Assembly: GCF_036321535.1 (NCBI RefSeq)
Contig: NC_087437.1
Location: 39,744,001-39,808,000, forward strand
Direction: 5' to 3'
From: Camelus dromedarius
Taxonomy: Eukaryota
DNA: 64,000 nucleotides
Positions 51,231 through 64,000 of the stretch are shown here, piece after piece (within the stretch, counting starts at the first letter, position 1; each line of letters starts with the position of its first letter). The translations under genes were made by a program, and so were the position numbers. The notes beneath the pieces were generated by a model. It saw only the letters and a list, made by a program, of their open reading frames with translations, was not told where the DNA came from and did not search any database.

Positions 51231-52639
51231 TGACTCTGTTTCTCTCCTATGACTGAGCATGATAGGAACTCAGAACCAAGACTTTCCTGCTACCGGTGCA
51301 GGAAGAGGGTAATGACAATGGGCATCACTAATGCAGCTGGCCGCGAAGAACTTGCTCGAACAACAGAAAGATTTGACAGTGGGAACTTTTACTGAGGGCG
51401 TTTCCACAGCTTCCTCTCCACCACTCTCCTCCCTCTTCTGCCAACTCCCTCATCGCAGTAAAATCAATCCACACTTGGTACAGATCAGAGTTGCCTTGCA
51501 CATGGTGGCTCCTCCAGGAACAGCCCTTCACATGACACCTGGCTTGTATTTCCAGGCGGCACAGCACTCCATTCAGAAGGGCCAATACCAGAGTATGGAA
51601 CGGAACCCAGCGTGGTTTTGAGAACTCCTACATGAATGGCGAAAGTCTTCACCGAGCCTCTGGGCAGGAGGCGAACAGAAGCACCCCAAGGTGACAGTGA
51701 GGCAGCAGGGCAGTCACAAAACAGAAGCCCCATTAAGGGTCCAGTTTGCTTCACCTGTAGTAGTAAACCTTGGACTGTCTTTCCAGCAACCACTGGAATC
51801 TGGGTGGGATGGTCTTTGGGCCAGTGGGTTACTGTTCTGCTAGGCAAATTCCAAGTGAATGTTTATACTCTGCCTTCGGCAGGAGGATTTAGAAATACTG
51901 AATAAGGGCTGTGATATAACAAATGAAAAATAAAATCTACCCCTCACCACCACTTTTTAGGGTGCATTTAATGATTCAAGCCATCCCTTTTAAAAGGGTA
52001 AATTTAGCACCGTGAGATAGTTTAGGATAAACATGTTTGATGGCCATGACAAACCCCAAGACATTCTACTTTATAGCACACTGACACCAACAAACCTTGA
52101 TTCTGAACTGAGACAGTTGGAGAGGATGGAAAATTGTGTTCAATACTAACTTGGTTTTTGATCCTTCAAGAACACTGAACGCACTGTGTCAACTAATATA
52201 TACAATCTTCTGACGTCTGAGCAGCCTGTATTTCCTTTCTAAAAGTTGGCCGACAAAGTCTGCCGCTCCTTTCAGCTTCTCTTTAGTAAAGGAAGTAAAA
52301 CAACTACTTCGAATGTTACTTACGATTGGGTCTGGGGGTGATAGTTGCCAGATGTGAGATACTTCATGTAAACTATGAAAAAGATAAAGATCCCTGAACC
52401 TGCATTGCTTTCTCTAAAGCAGAAATGGAAACCCAAGGTTCAAAACAAACACTGTCACTGCCCTAATGTGTACCACAAAATTCAATTCAACAGCCCCCTG
52501 GGCTGGCCACGGGACGAGGCCCTAGTGGTGAAAACATGAAGACGATGAGCCGTAAGTGACCTCAGAAGCCAGCAAAGGACTGGGGCAACACGGCCCAAGA
52601 AAGACCCCAGCAGCAGTGTGTGCTGACGGCATGTAGGAG

Positions 52640-52810
52640 CCCTGAGGAGGAAGAGGGGTTATTCTGCTTTGGAAAAAGAGCTTGAGGAGGTTCACAGTAG
52701 AGGGGATGCTTGAACTGGGCTTTGAAGGATGAGCAAGATTTTGTAGACGATCTATGGAGAGAAGGGCAGAAGGAGCACTTGAGGCAGAAAACAGCCCAGG
52801 CAAAACATCA
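52640..52810 (-). mobile_element. L2 fragment
   Basis: ttcacagtagaggggatgcttgaactgggctttgaaggatgagcaagatttt. Confidence 0.7.
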
Positions 52811-55685
52811 GAAGAGGAAGAACAGATGCTCTTGAGCAAAGGGGCGGCATTCTATTCAGAGAGAGAAAAAATGATACCACCTGAACCTTCGCAGTATGTT
52901 GTTTTGAAAAAGTATATTAATTTCAGATGTAAAACCATTTTCCTTGTGTACAGGTAAATACTGTAATTGAAGTGACAGAGTAGACATGTAGAATTTATTA
53001 TCTGAAAGAAAATCTAATCAATGGGTATTTCATTTCGAAAAGTTAATGAAATATTATGGAGAGACTGGCCTTTTAAGCTTTGATTTTTAGACTCAGAGAA
53101 AGAGCTTAATTTTCAGTGACAAGGTCACTACCAGTTGAATGCTCTCCTTTTGCTTCCCGCAGAAATGATGTTTCTTTCGTTCTTAACTTGTTTATTAAAA
53201 TCAGGCTTCAATAATTGGAGTTTATTTAAACTTATTTTTTAGTAGATCAGCAAATTAAAATCATGTTACCATTGTTACTTCTACCAGTTCAGAAAGGGTA
53301 TTAAAGTACTTATGTGAAATCAAACATTTATTTCATGGAAGTGTTGTTATTAGCATGTAACAAAATCATCTCTTTTCAGTTCATGTTAATTAATATTCAA
53401 TGCAATAAGTACACATGTATTTAATACTATTATCATCAAGGAAGGGCAGGGGGTTCAAGTCATTGTAAAGGACAATGTGGGTATATTTTATCTCCTGCTA
53501 ATTAGCAAAATTAGATGAGCTTCTGGAAGATTATTTGAAAGCAAAGGTTTGCCAAGCCTACTTTCAATAAGCAATTTTTATGCTTCCAATAGCCTAAGAT
53601 TCAACTCTTAGATGACAAAAATAAATCTTTGGGTACATCCATCACGGTTAAAGCAAGCCACTTCCAAGGTCAACTATAGGGTCAGAAACAAAAAGCATGC
53701 CAAATAGCCACATATGCAGAATCACAGGCATCAGGTCATCTGAAATAAATGCTCTGCCTTGCAAAAGAAAAGTTATTTAGCTATTTGTATTCATGGTAAT
53801 GTGATGAAGTAGCTTGATTTGCAGACATAATGAAAATTGTGGAATTTTTTGCCAGTTGAATGATATCTTCTCACAGAAGGAAAAAAAATAGCGTCAAAAC
53901 CATGACCTGTATTTTTGCCAAGATCTAGGTCAGGGAGTAAACTGCATACATCTTAGGCAATGCGTGTAATACAATTGACATCACATACACACTTTACCAT
54001 TATTGAGGCCGTCCTTCTTTCACAAGGATGTCTTTGCTAAATAAACGTGTCCTCATAACTGCCTGTGAGAAGTAGACGTGCGCTGATCCTCCAACACTCT
54101 ACACCCTCTTTGAAGCCCTTAAATACCTCCCTTCAAAAACATGTCCTATTTTAATTATATCATCCTGGTACATGAGAGATAAGGTGATTTCTCTCCTTCC
54201 TGGATCAAAAGGAGCAGCAGGATTAGACAGAAACAGCACATCAACTATCATATTGGCTGTCTTTAGATTACAACATCTGAACATTTCACATCCACAAGAC
54301 AACCCTCCTTTCAAGGTCTATGAGGAAGTTTCTGCACTTTGTTTGACCCGACTGAACTTTGTCACACTGCCTTCTCACCACCCCTGCTGCAGCAAGCCAC
54401 TAAATCTTACCAACTATCTCTTTGTTGTCTCTTGTGTGTTCCCAGCCCCTCCTTCCAACCTTACCAAGCCAGTTAAGTTGCACTTTTCACCTTCTCTGTT
54501 GACATAAAATGAAGTAACTGCATTTATTTGATTATTGACTGCACATTTTGTCAACATCTCAAATTTTATAAGTCAACCAGATCGTGTTTCAAGGCAAAGT
54601 CCTAAGATTTCATAGCTCATCTCTGTTTGCTTGCTCAAAACGAAGTAACGAAATGAAAAACTCAGAACTCTTAAGAAAGTTTGTTTAGTCTTGTCATCAT
54701 AGAACTGAACTAAATTATTCAGCACCATATAAGTGTTTTAAAACATTCTATTACAGAAAAGGAAGTTATTAGTTTGTTAAAATATACTCACATTTGATAG
54801 ACATCTAACCAGAGTCTATGAAAGTAGAGAATGTTAGAATGAAAATTATTAGAGAGCAGAATGCAACATGAATTCAATGTGGGAAAAAAAGCAGACGTGG
54901 CTTCTGTAAGGAGGTACCCACTTGCTAAATGAAAATGCTAGGACAAAGAGGCCAAGTTCAACGTAACAGAAAAAACAGGGTCAGTCTCCTTTTCTCCACT
55001 GAGAAGGCAGAAGACTGCGGTACCTCCCACCCAGAGCCATAATCACCTGAGTTTTTAAAATATTTCATGGAATACACTATTTAACCCTGTTAATATCAAA
55101 TGCTGAACTTAAGGCCATTTTCATCTGAAAATCTGACTTTGAGACCCCTTACGGTAGAAACCGAAGCTGCCAGTGGATAGTATTATTTGCTTAGCTAACA
55201 TCTCAAGGTCTCCACAGAATTCCTTCCTGGTGACTCAGCCCACTTTCAGGTGAAGAAATGTTATTTAACATTAATATGGAAACATATTGATGTTTATAAA
55301 CATAGGTATAACAGAAAATTTTAATTTTTTTTAGGTTTAGAGAAATCTAAACTTTTTTTTTAATTAGAGATTCATCTTACTAGAAATAATTTTATGGAAA
55401 AAAAAGACATTACTTTTTAATGATTCCAAAAATACTTCAGTCCATCAGGCAGACAGCCGAGAAATGAAGCCATACATTACATTCAGTTGCTGAGTTAAAG
55501 TAAGATTAGAATTTTCCTATGACACAGCTTTTTTGTAAGCTGTTTTGGTCTGTTACATGAAGCAAACAGGTCCAGACTTGGTAAGAAGGAGAATCATACG
55601 GAATGAAAACTAGGTGTACAGTTAAACCTTAACTAGTAAACAAAGCACCTACCAATACAGATAGATAGTATCTGGGGCCTAGAGC

Positions 55686-55956
55686 AGGGCCCAAGAAACA
55701 GATGTCCTTGGGGGCCAGGCAGGTCAGGGAGGTGACTGACGCTGGCTTCATGGGGGCTGTGGTGAAGTGAGAGGCCTGACTGTTGCCTGGCCACAGCGTG
55801 GGACCAAAGTGGCCAGCATCTTTTAATGCCTCAAGTCCAGCCAGAATCCAGACTCTTTATATAAGATATCCCAATTATTAAACATTGCTCATGAACTCGA
55901 TACTATTGACACAAAACAAAACATTTCCATGGCATTCTGTTTGCCGCTTTTGCTAG
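55686..55956 (+). mobile_element. MER102-like hAT-Charlie element
   Basis: gggggccaggcaggt..tgttgcc..gtggccagcatc..aatccagactctttatataagatatcccaattattaaacattg. Confidence 0.7.
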
Positions 55957-56536
55957 AAGTTTCAGGGGGGCATTACATGGACTTTAGATACAGATCAGGT
56001 TACAAATAACGAATGCTGCCCTTCAGAAAATAATCGTGAGAAGGAACTACCTGTTGAAAGAAGAATCACGTAAGCTGATAAATTCACAACCACCTTAGAC
56101 CAAGGCTTCCATCCTTGCCCTCATCCTAAAATATCACCAAGCACCAATGATATGCCAAGTGCTAAGTTCTTTTCTGGCATCTAAAGGCACAGTGATACAG
56201 AAGAAAGACTCAATGCTGACCTTCATGCAATTTATAGTCAAATGAGTAAACTTGTTTATAATCCTAGCATCACTGAGTGATTTTCTATCTTAGAGAACTT
56301 CAGGATACAAAGGAAATGCTTCCATTTCTTACTTTCCTCTTTGCCTACTGATACCTTACATTCATTACAGTTTCATAACCAGAGAGCTAGGAAAATTATC
56401 TGTCACTTACAGTGTTCTATCCATCCTCTTAGGAGGATCTCTGGGAGGGTTCTTGTAGAGACTTGAACTTAACGTGGTATGACGGAATGCATCATTCTTC
56501 TGGTGAACTCATTTTAATCTTCCTCAATGTCTTCTC

Positions 56537-56914
56537 ACATAGACTGCTGGTTTCTTAACTAATACCCTTTTTTCTCCTCTTACATTAAGGAGAGCAGAAA
56601 AGTACCCAACTGAAAATTGGCATTTCTGAGATTATGATGGCCATGTGAAATTAAAATCTGGTTAATGAAATGTAAGCAGAAATGGTTGTGTGGAACTTCC
56701 AAAAATAGTGGCCTGAGCCTTTTGCCCTGTCCTACTTCTTTTTCATATCTGTAACCTAGATATGACAGCTGGAGCTCAAGTGGCCATATTGTGACTCAAA
56801 GAAAACTTCAAGAATGAATGTCACCAACCAAGGATGATGAGGCAGAAAGACTGAAAGAATATAGGTCATTGATGGCTTCATGGGATCACTGCATCAGCCC
56901 AGGACCACCTACCT
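56537..56914 (+). mobile_element. MLT1J-like MaLR LTR (3'-truncated)
   Basis: ggccatgtga..ctggttaatgaaatgtaagcagaa..gctggagctcaagtggccatattgtgac..cagcccaggaccacctacctc. Confidence 0.75.
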
Positions 56915-57148
56915 CAGTAGGGTAGCCATAAAGACCGTGAATATAGGCAAATATATAAATGGTTTATTAATGACATACTGCAACACATGGTATGTTCTAT
57001 TTCATCGTGGTATGTTCAATTAATAACACATAGCTCAATGTAGTTTACAAAATTGCAATGAACAAGGTTTTGACATAGCATATGTATTAATTTTTGCACA
57101 TGAAACTGCTATGATTTGCCTCTGATGACCTTTAGTTCCAATTCTACT

Positions 57149-57184
57149 AAAACAAAACAAAACAAAACAAAACAAAACAAAAAA
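57149..57184. repeat. (AAAAC)6 repeat
   Basis: Directly visible. Confidence 0.95.
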
Positions 57185-57749
57185 TTTGTTCCTTTAAGAT
57201 ATTCCGGAAGTAATCATGGGTTTCAATCTCTAAAATATGATAGTACTTATGTTTCAATCATTTCTATCTACCCCATAGACTTCATATTATGTGTGTAGGA
57301 GGGAAATCCTTCTACATGTTCCAAATGCAATTTCAATTAACTCAAGGTAATATCTCAAAATACCTGGAATATTTTTACCTTCAAAACCATGTGGAAACTG
57401 CAGGCAAACACCTGTTTGGCTATGGGCAGGAGCGAGTCCTTTATGCATCTCTCCTAGAGCACTGAGGGGGCACCTTAATTCTGGGAAGCCCCTGGAATTC
57501 CATTTAATTAAGCCATCTAACCTCTCTCTCTCCCTCTCTCTCAAGTTTATATCTGGCCTCACAAGCCAGTTCTTGTCCCTAGCAAAGCTGGATTTTGTAG
57601 CCTGCCCTGCCCCAATTTTCTTTAGTAAATAAATTGGTGACTAAGAGGTGCTCTATTGCAATAATTTAAGGAGAAAATTGAATTGAAAATTTTGAATTAG
57701 AATTCTGTAAAATTTTGAATACAGGGGAAACTGTTAAAGTGCAATTACT

Positions 57750-58060
57750 ACTCACTCATTCCATAAGCATTTTGAATATCTTCTACATGCCAAACAATGA
57801 GTATTTAAAGCTGAGTAAGAAAATATGTCTACTCAAAACAGAAAGGTAGATGAGTAAGCAGAAAAGTAATGTACAGCATAACAGGAACCAGGAGAGAAAG
57901 TATTCACAAAGTTTTATGTGTGCCAAAAAATGGAATATCTAAATCTATTTTAGAAATCAAGACTTCTTAAAGAGGGGATGGGTAGGTGGACTATCTAAGG
58001 GCCATTAGAAATTAGCTGAACAAAGAAGAGTGAAAGGCATTGCAAGCAGAGGAAAGAATC
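57750..58060 (-). mobile_element. L2 3' fragment
   Basis: ctcactcattccataagcattttgaatatcttctacatgccaaaca. Confidence 0.6.
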
Positions 58061-58689
58061 TGGAGATCACTTAACTATTACTTGAAAACAACATAATCAC
58101 ACCAAGTACAAGCCTGTGACTAAGTTAAAAAAAAAGTGAGCATTTCCACAGCAAAACTCCTAGAAAAAAAATCCCGAAGTATTTTCATAATCCTGTGTCT
58201 AAAAGACTAAAGGTAAATTATGATCTGAACATACAGATGATAATTAATATCTATGATTGATTCCATGAAGATACACATTGACATCTGAAATGGTTGAGCA
58301 AAAATAAATTTTCTTTCTTAGGTCTATAAAGTCCCAAGGGAAAAATAAATTTATTCTTGACTTTGATTGTTTCAAAATATAAAGTAAATAAAATCTGAAG
58401 AAAAGAAATTTCATAATACCAGAATAAGTGACATTGCCATTTAGGTAATATCCTCTATCGTAAAAAACATTTTACTGAACTTGGATGAAAAAGCTTTCAT
58501 TTCATACTTACATGCATAGAATTTATATTAATACATAAACTAATGCCTAGACATATAAGTAATCTAGCCAATGGTGGTATTCAATTACCCATATATTTAC
58601 AGCTAAAGTATAGGTAAATTTTAGGTAATTATGTTAGTTATGATGTCATCACAAATATTACTACTCCTGCCTCTAACAGTACTATTAAT

Positions 58690-58880
58690 GACAATAATTA
58701 CTGTCCCATCATTCTTATCATGTCTATTATGTTTCAGGAATTATATAAATATTTTATATATATATATAGCATTTAATCCTATACCACTACCACTAAGATA
58801 AAGATATTAATTCCATTTGCAAATGAGACAAATGAGGCTTACAGAGGTTAAGCAAATTGTCATTGGCCACACAGTCAAAA
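58690..58880 (-). mobile_element. MIR SINE
   Basis: ccatttgcaaatgagacaaatgaggcttacagaggttaagcaaattg. Confidence 0.7.
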
Positions 58881-58919
58881 AAGAGGGAAGGTCATCAAAA
58901 TGTACTCGTGATTCTCAGC

Positions 58920-59100
58920 TCCCAACTTGAACTGTGAACCAACTGGGTGGTTTGGGACTTTTCTGAACTTTGTTTTCCTCATCTAAAAATTGGGAACAGA
59001 CATCATACCTACCTAAAAGAGTGGCTTTGAATATGGAATCTAATATTGTATGTAAAAATACCTGTAAAATATACAAAGCCATAAAAGTATTAACTATCAT
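58920..59100 (+). mobile_element. MIR SINE
   Basis: ttttcctcatctaaaaattgggaacagacatcatacctacct. Confidence 0.7.
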
Positions 59101-61304
59101 CCCCATGAAAAGGTGATAAAAGGATTTATGTAATAAAAACTTGAAGACAGAATACATCTACAAAAATAACTTAGAGTAAATGATAATAGAAGGCAGGGAT
59201 AGTTTACTGCAAGTGTTCCCTATAGTTTTACAAGTATCATAACACACTGGAAGATGATAGAGACCTTAAAACTTCATTTATCTTAAGTCCTGCTTAAGAC
59301 TGATCTCGAAAGACATAGGATGGACCACATAAATTGACCCTACTATAAAAATTCAAAGGGCTTGCCAGATTCATCTTTTTTCATTTTAATCTTTTAAAAG
59401 CATGTTTAGATTATACTCATTTGATTTTAGTGAAGCTTTTCTCTAAAATAAATTGCCTATACATGCACACACTAACACATGTGGAATTCCTTTTCTGTAA
59501 TCCTCAAAGAGGCTTTTGATTCTTCTTCTGATTCACCAAAAAAGAGTCAGTGAGGAAGTGCAATGCGTCCTGGGATTTGGATGGCTCCAGAGTCACTGTG
59601 CACATTTACATAGAAACCAGATGGTTGTGGAAAATGTTTCTTTTTTATATTAAAAAAAAACAACAATGGATTATTGAGGGGTTTCTATGGACTCTTATTC
59701 GCAAATGGATGAAAAGTGCATATCAAAGGTGAACTACAAGGAAACGACATCCAGAATAATCAGGCAGCTCATCAGAGCTCAGCCACGTATCCCACGGGGC
59801 AACTTCTTAGAAAGTAATGTTTTACTAGAACCTCAGCGTTGTCGCGGAGGATCTGGGGCTTCTATTAATCAGGGAAAGGAAAGGAAGAAGGAAAAGGGAA
59901 ATCTTGGTCAAGAAACTTTTATGCCCCTTGCCCTTTGGAGACAATATTTTTTTCCTCCCTGAAAAAAAGTAACCACAAGTTTATAAGATGGGATGTTTAA
60001 GGGACTTCACTTTTTTAATCTCACAGTATTAATTCCCTGAAGCTTTGAACTGACAGGCAGGCCAATGTAAATGAGCCAGAACAAGAGTCAGAGCCAGAAA
60101 TTTTGTTGTACCATGACAAAAAACGTGTTATTAGTGCTCAGTGATTAATGAGCACACAGGAGGAATGGATATAACAAGTATAAGATTGTCTTGGTATGTG
60201 CATGGCTCACACAGTATTAGGGCAAAACATTATCAACTTTACTACATTTTCATGTATATACAGATACACATTTTATATAGAGTATCTGTATCATATGGGA
60301 CATTTCATATGGCTTCATTTACATTTAGCATTTCAAAGAATGCTAACAATTTTTGAGCAGACACCCACACATTTGTGAAATGACACCTACACAGAGTAAA
60401 TCCTGCTTATTAATGAATATATGTATTGGTTACCTACACCGTTTTAAATCTTGTATTAGGTAACTCAGATTCAGTACCTAGTGGTGAGTTCATTTCTAGC
60501 AAAGCAAATTAACCAAATCTATGCTAACCCATGCATGCAATCACAGAAGATAAATTTAGTAAAAAATACCATTAAAATTCAAACTAGGGAAGAAAAACAT
60601 TGGCATTAAGGGGGAAGAAAACTTTTCTTAACAAAAGAAAAAAGTATTCTGGAAAAATCTAATGTTCTGACAAAACCGTAGCATTCTATTTTATGAAATT
60701 TGAATTAACAACATTCTCTTTCTTTATGCCTGACCACCAAAAATATTCGGAAGAACATAAGGGCTTGCTCACAGATCATACATGTTTATGAAGCACAAAT
60801 CGAACGTCAACTGTTCACCAGGCTTGGCTGAAGCAGAAAAAAAGAAAGCCTGGAGAAAGTTAGGCCGGATGGGGAGGGGACGGAGGGACAAGAGACACAA
60901 AGAGGTAATCCATCAACCACATCGACTGCACCGTGTCAAAGCTGCAAACAGCTGGGATATGACAAGCCAACGAGAAAAGCAGCCCTTATATTTTAGGAAT
61001 TAAATAAAGTGTAGGATAAATAACAGGATGGCAACATAGTAATTACCCACAATAGACATTAAGGAGAAAGGGGAACTTTCAGTTGTTTGGCTGAAACCCC
61101 TCCCCCAACTTGATTTCTTCTTATTTTAAAGGCTGGGTGCCAAAAAGAAAAACAAATCTAGCACTGCCTCACCCACTCCTAAGCAATGAAAAGTAATTCA
61201 CTGATTAAATAAAGGTTAAAGAATGTTATTTTCCCATACGACAGCTAGATACAAAATTTTAATATTTTTAAATTTGTTTGGTATTGTGATAGTATATCTT
61301 ACAA

Positions 61305-61341
61305 TTTTTTAACATTTTTTATTGATTTATAATCATTTTAC
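61305..61341 (-). mobile_element. 5'-truncated lineage-specific L1 tail (camelid-like)
   Basis: Reverse complement gtaaaatgattataaatcaataaaaaatgttaaaaaa, flanked by an imperfect 18-bp duplication. Confidence 0.65.
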
Positions 61342-61429
61342 TGATAATATATTTTAGAAATAATTTTTATTTATACTGTTTGGGGAAAAAGAGGTTCTAT
61401 ATAATGATTGTGGTTTCCTAGTGCTTTTC

Positions 61430-61530
61430 TTTTCACTACTTTTTTGTTTTCTCTTTTCCTTCCTTCCTTCCTTTTTTTCTTCCTTTCTTCCTTCTTTCCC
61501 TCCTTCCTTCCTTGCTTTCTTTTTTTTTAA
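61430..61530. repeat. (TTCC)n-like pyrimidine tract
   Basis: Directly visible. Confidence 0.85.
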
Positions 61531-61954
61531 AGCCTAAAAGCAAACTCAGTCAGTAGCAATTTCATTTACTCTTTTTCACTCTCTAACCCTCATTTCTGAG
61601 TGATTTTCTTTTTTTACAATACTTTCTTTTAAAAACATTTCTAGAAAGGAATGTGCAAATTTTTGCTGGCTCTTTTCTGCTTTCTCATAGGATTAAACAT
61701 ATAAAGATTTAGTGTATTGGTTTTATTTAATCCTAATTTATCCACTCAATTTGCATAACTACTTTTGAATTTTCCTCTTTGAAACACCAATATCATTGCT
61801 CTGGAATCGATTTGACTGCTCACCAGGAAATTATACATAAAGAGACAATACAATTAAGAATTCTATCTTTGCGGATGAACTAACTGGGTTAAAATTAACC
61901 AACAGGCAAAAAAAGATAAAACAATTGACACAATTTGGTTGTTTCATCTATAAA

Positions 61955-62120
61955 AGTGGTTCTCAAAGCTGGAATCATCTAGGAAGCTTTAAAAAGTACT
62001 AATGCCTAGACCTCACCCCATCCCCAAAAGATTCTGATTTGATTGATCAGGGTGGGCCTTGGGGATCAGAAGTTCTTTAAACTTCCCAGGTGATTTCCAG
62101 GTGCAGCCAGGGACCACCGA
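61955..62120 (+). mobile_element. MER5B-like DNA transposon
   Basis: agtggttctcaa..gaatcatctaggaagctttaaaaagtactaatgcc..agattctgattt..cccaggtgatt..gtgcagccaggg. Confidence 0.8.
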
Positions 62121-64000
62121 TGGAGAACACCAGCTGATGATAAAGAGGCAGTCATTTACTGGAAGAGAGAAAGAGTTGAGGCCAGGGAGGATGCTGATCC
62201 TGCAGAAGTACAGTGGGAGGACAACCAAACACTTTCAACCCATCTATGACTTTCAAAAATTGTTTGCTGAATTAATTGGGTGTGGGTGTCAAGGGAAGGA
62301 AATGATAGGGAAATAAATAATGGTTAAGTATCCCCTTGGAGCCAATGACCCTCTGAAGGTGGATTCTGAGGACAAAATGAGCCATCGAATAAAGATTATG
62401 CAGCTCTTCAGCCACGGCTGGTGAAGCCATCATTAGGATCTATCTTTGGAATTTAATTACATAATTCACCAATCTATGTTAACTTCCCTTTTTCAGCCTG
62501 TACTCCCTCAATTGAGGTAACAGGGAATTTAAAACTGGAAAAATAGTACTGCAATTCTAAGAGGGCATTGTTCTGCTGGTCTGTTGCAAATAAGAAAATA
62601 ATGGCCCCACTGGTTTATACAAAACACAGTCATTTTTTTTCAGGGGTCCGTCTTTCCCTATGTTCAGGCAGCAATCATTCCATGCTTCACTATGAACGCT
62701 GAATTCTGCCTACCACTGGATTGAACAAGGAGGCTGAAATTGGCCATGGGACAGAACCACTCATACACATCAGACAAGCCATGAGAAAAAACAAGAGAAA
62801 ACAGGCACCAAAGAAATTGTGCTAGTGAGAAACTCAGAACTACTTGCCAAGAGCTCAGCATTTGGGATGATGTAGACTAACTTCACTTTGAATTGGGAAA
62901 GATGGCATTTTCTGTACTCCCCACGCTAGTTTCCCTCATGGTAATCTTCCCTAGTCCTTTTCTGAAACAGAATACAGCATGGTCCCCCCCGTTGGCCCTC
63001 AGTGCTCCGTCAGCATGCCAAAAACCGAGGTGAGCTCAGCATGGGCTTGAAGCTTGAGGAAGACATTTTTATAAAATGGGAAAAGCTTTTTCCAGTGAAA
63101 GCACTGGAGACATTTGAATATTCTAGAAGTAAACATTCACTATAAGTGCTCAAATTCATACAGGAAAAGAAGACAACTTCAGGAACCCACAGTTGAAATA
63201 GCTAGAAATGTGTGAAGTACCTTAATTTTTGTCATTTTTGTTAGGATTCGTTTTCATTATTTATATTTCTTTTATTTGTTTTAATCCAAAGAAATGATTT
63301 GGATAAGAGGAGTTTAATAGTCAGCTTTATTGATAATTCACACTGACATTTGATTCATTATTGTAATATTGTACATTATATGTTATGTATACATATGTAT
63401 GCATAATGAATTTATTTTAAAAATAATCTATTTCTATTAAACTATAATTTCCTATAACTTCAATCCTTTTATAACAAGAAAAATTTTAATTTCGGTGTCT
63501 TTAGACATTATTTATTACTTAATAATATTTAGAGAAATAAGACACTGGCAGAACTTATGCAAAATATGTTTTTGAGCATTTTCTATTTTTTAGCATTTGG
63601 TCTTGTTAGAATTCGAAGCAGCTTTCCTGAATTCTTGGGCTTTACTGTTTCTAATGATCATCTTATATAAAATAGTAATTGTAACCCACCTGACCTCTTT
63701 ACCCTTTTCACAGAGATGTTAAAATTCCAGTGAAATCACATACTGTTCTATGTAAGTCACAGGAAGCCATCTTTTCAAAAAATATGACAGAAAGACTTGT
63801 AATAACATTTCCTGAGTACAATCTAGGGAGCTTTCAGGAGGACCATGTGAAGTCATAGAAGCAGAGCCTCCTATAAAAAGTGAGAAATATTAATAAATAA
63901 AACGTTTCTCTCTCATCAAATAAAAGCTCACCACAAAGGACTACCTCACAACCTAGAGAGAAAATATTTAACATCTTAAAACAATTCAGTGAAAATCTGA

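Noticed and set aside
51328..51905. Overlapping ORFs on both strands
   Set aside because: No recognisable homology and no clear flanking splice sites; likely GC-content artefact
58690..59100. Adjacent oppositely oriented MIRs as a dsRNA/editing substrate
   Set aside because: Copies are too diverged for a stable long duplex

Overview
AT-rich, CpG-depleted placental-mammal DNA that reads as intronic or gene-poor sequence. I find no recognisable protein-coding exon, tRNA, rRNA, miRNA or CRISPR array, and I cannot name a host gene. Much of the window is ancient interspersed repeat: L2, MIR, L3/CR1, L1ME, hAT-Charlie MERs, MaLR LTRs and a fossil pogo/Tigger transposase. Family names were assigned by eye against remembered consensus sequences, so boundaries are approximate. 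No Alu, B1, Bov-A, PRE or SINEC elements are visible, and two short L1 3'-tail insertions point to a cetartiodactyl, most likely a camelid (inference). The non-repeat stretches carry several well-formed, mostly non-coding exon candidates on both strands, promoter/enhancer-like motif clusters (about 4.1-4.3, 5.6-6.7, 17.6, 18.9 and 27.2-27.6 kb) and a palindromic CTCF-like site. The most parsimonious model is the 5'/intronic region of a long minus-strand gene or lncRNA with alternative non-coding exons, possibly overlapped by an antisense spliced RNA. This is unverified, and I do not see convincing evidence of a wholly new biological system.
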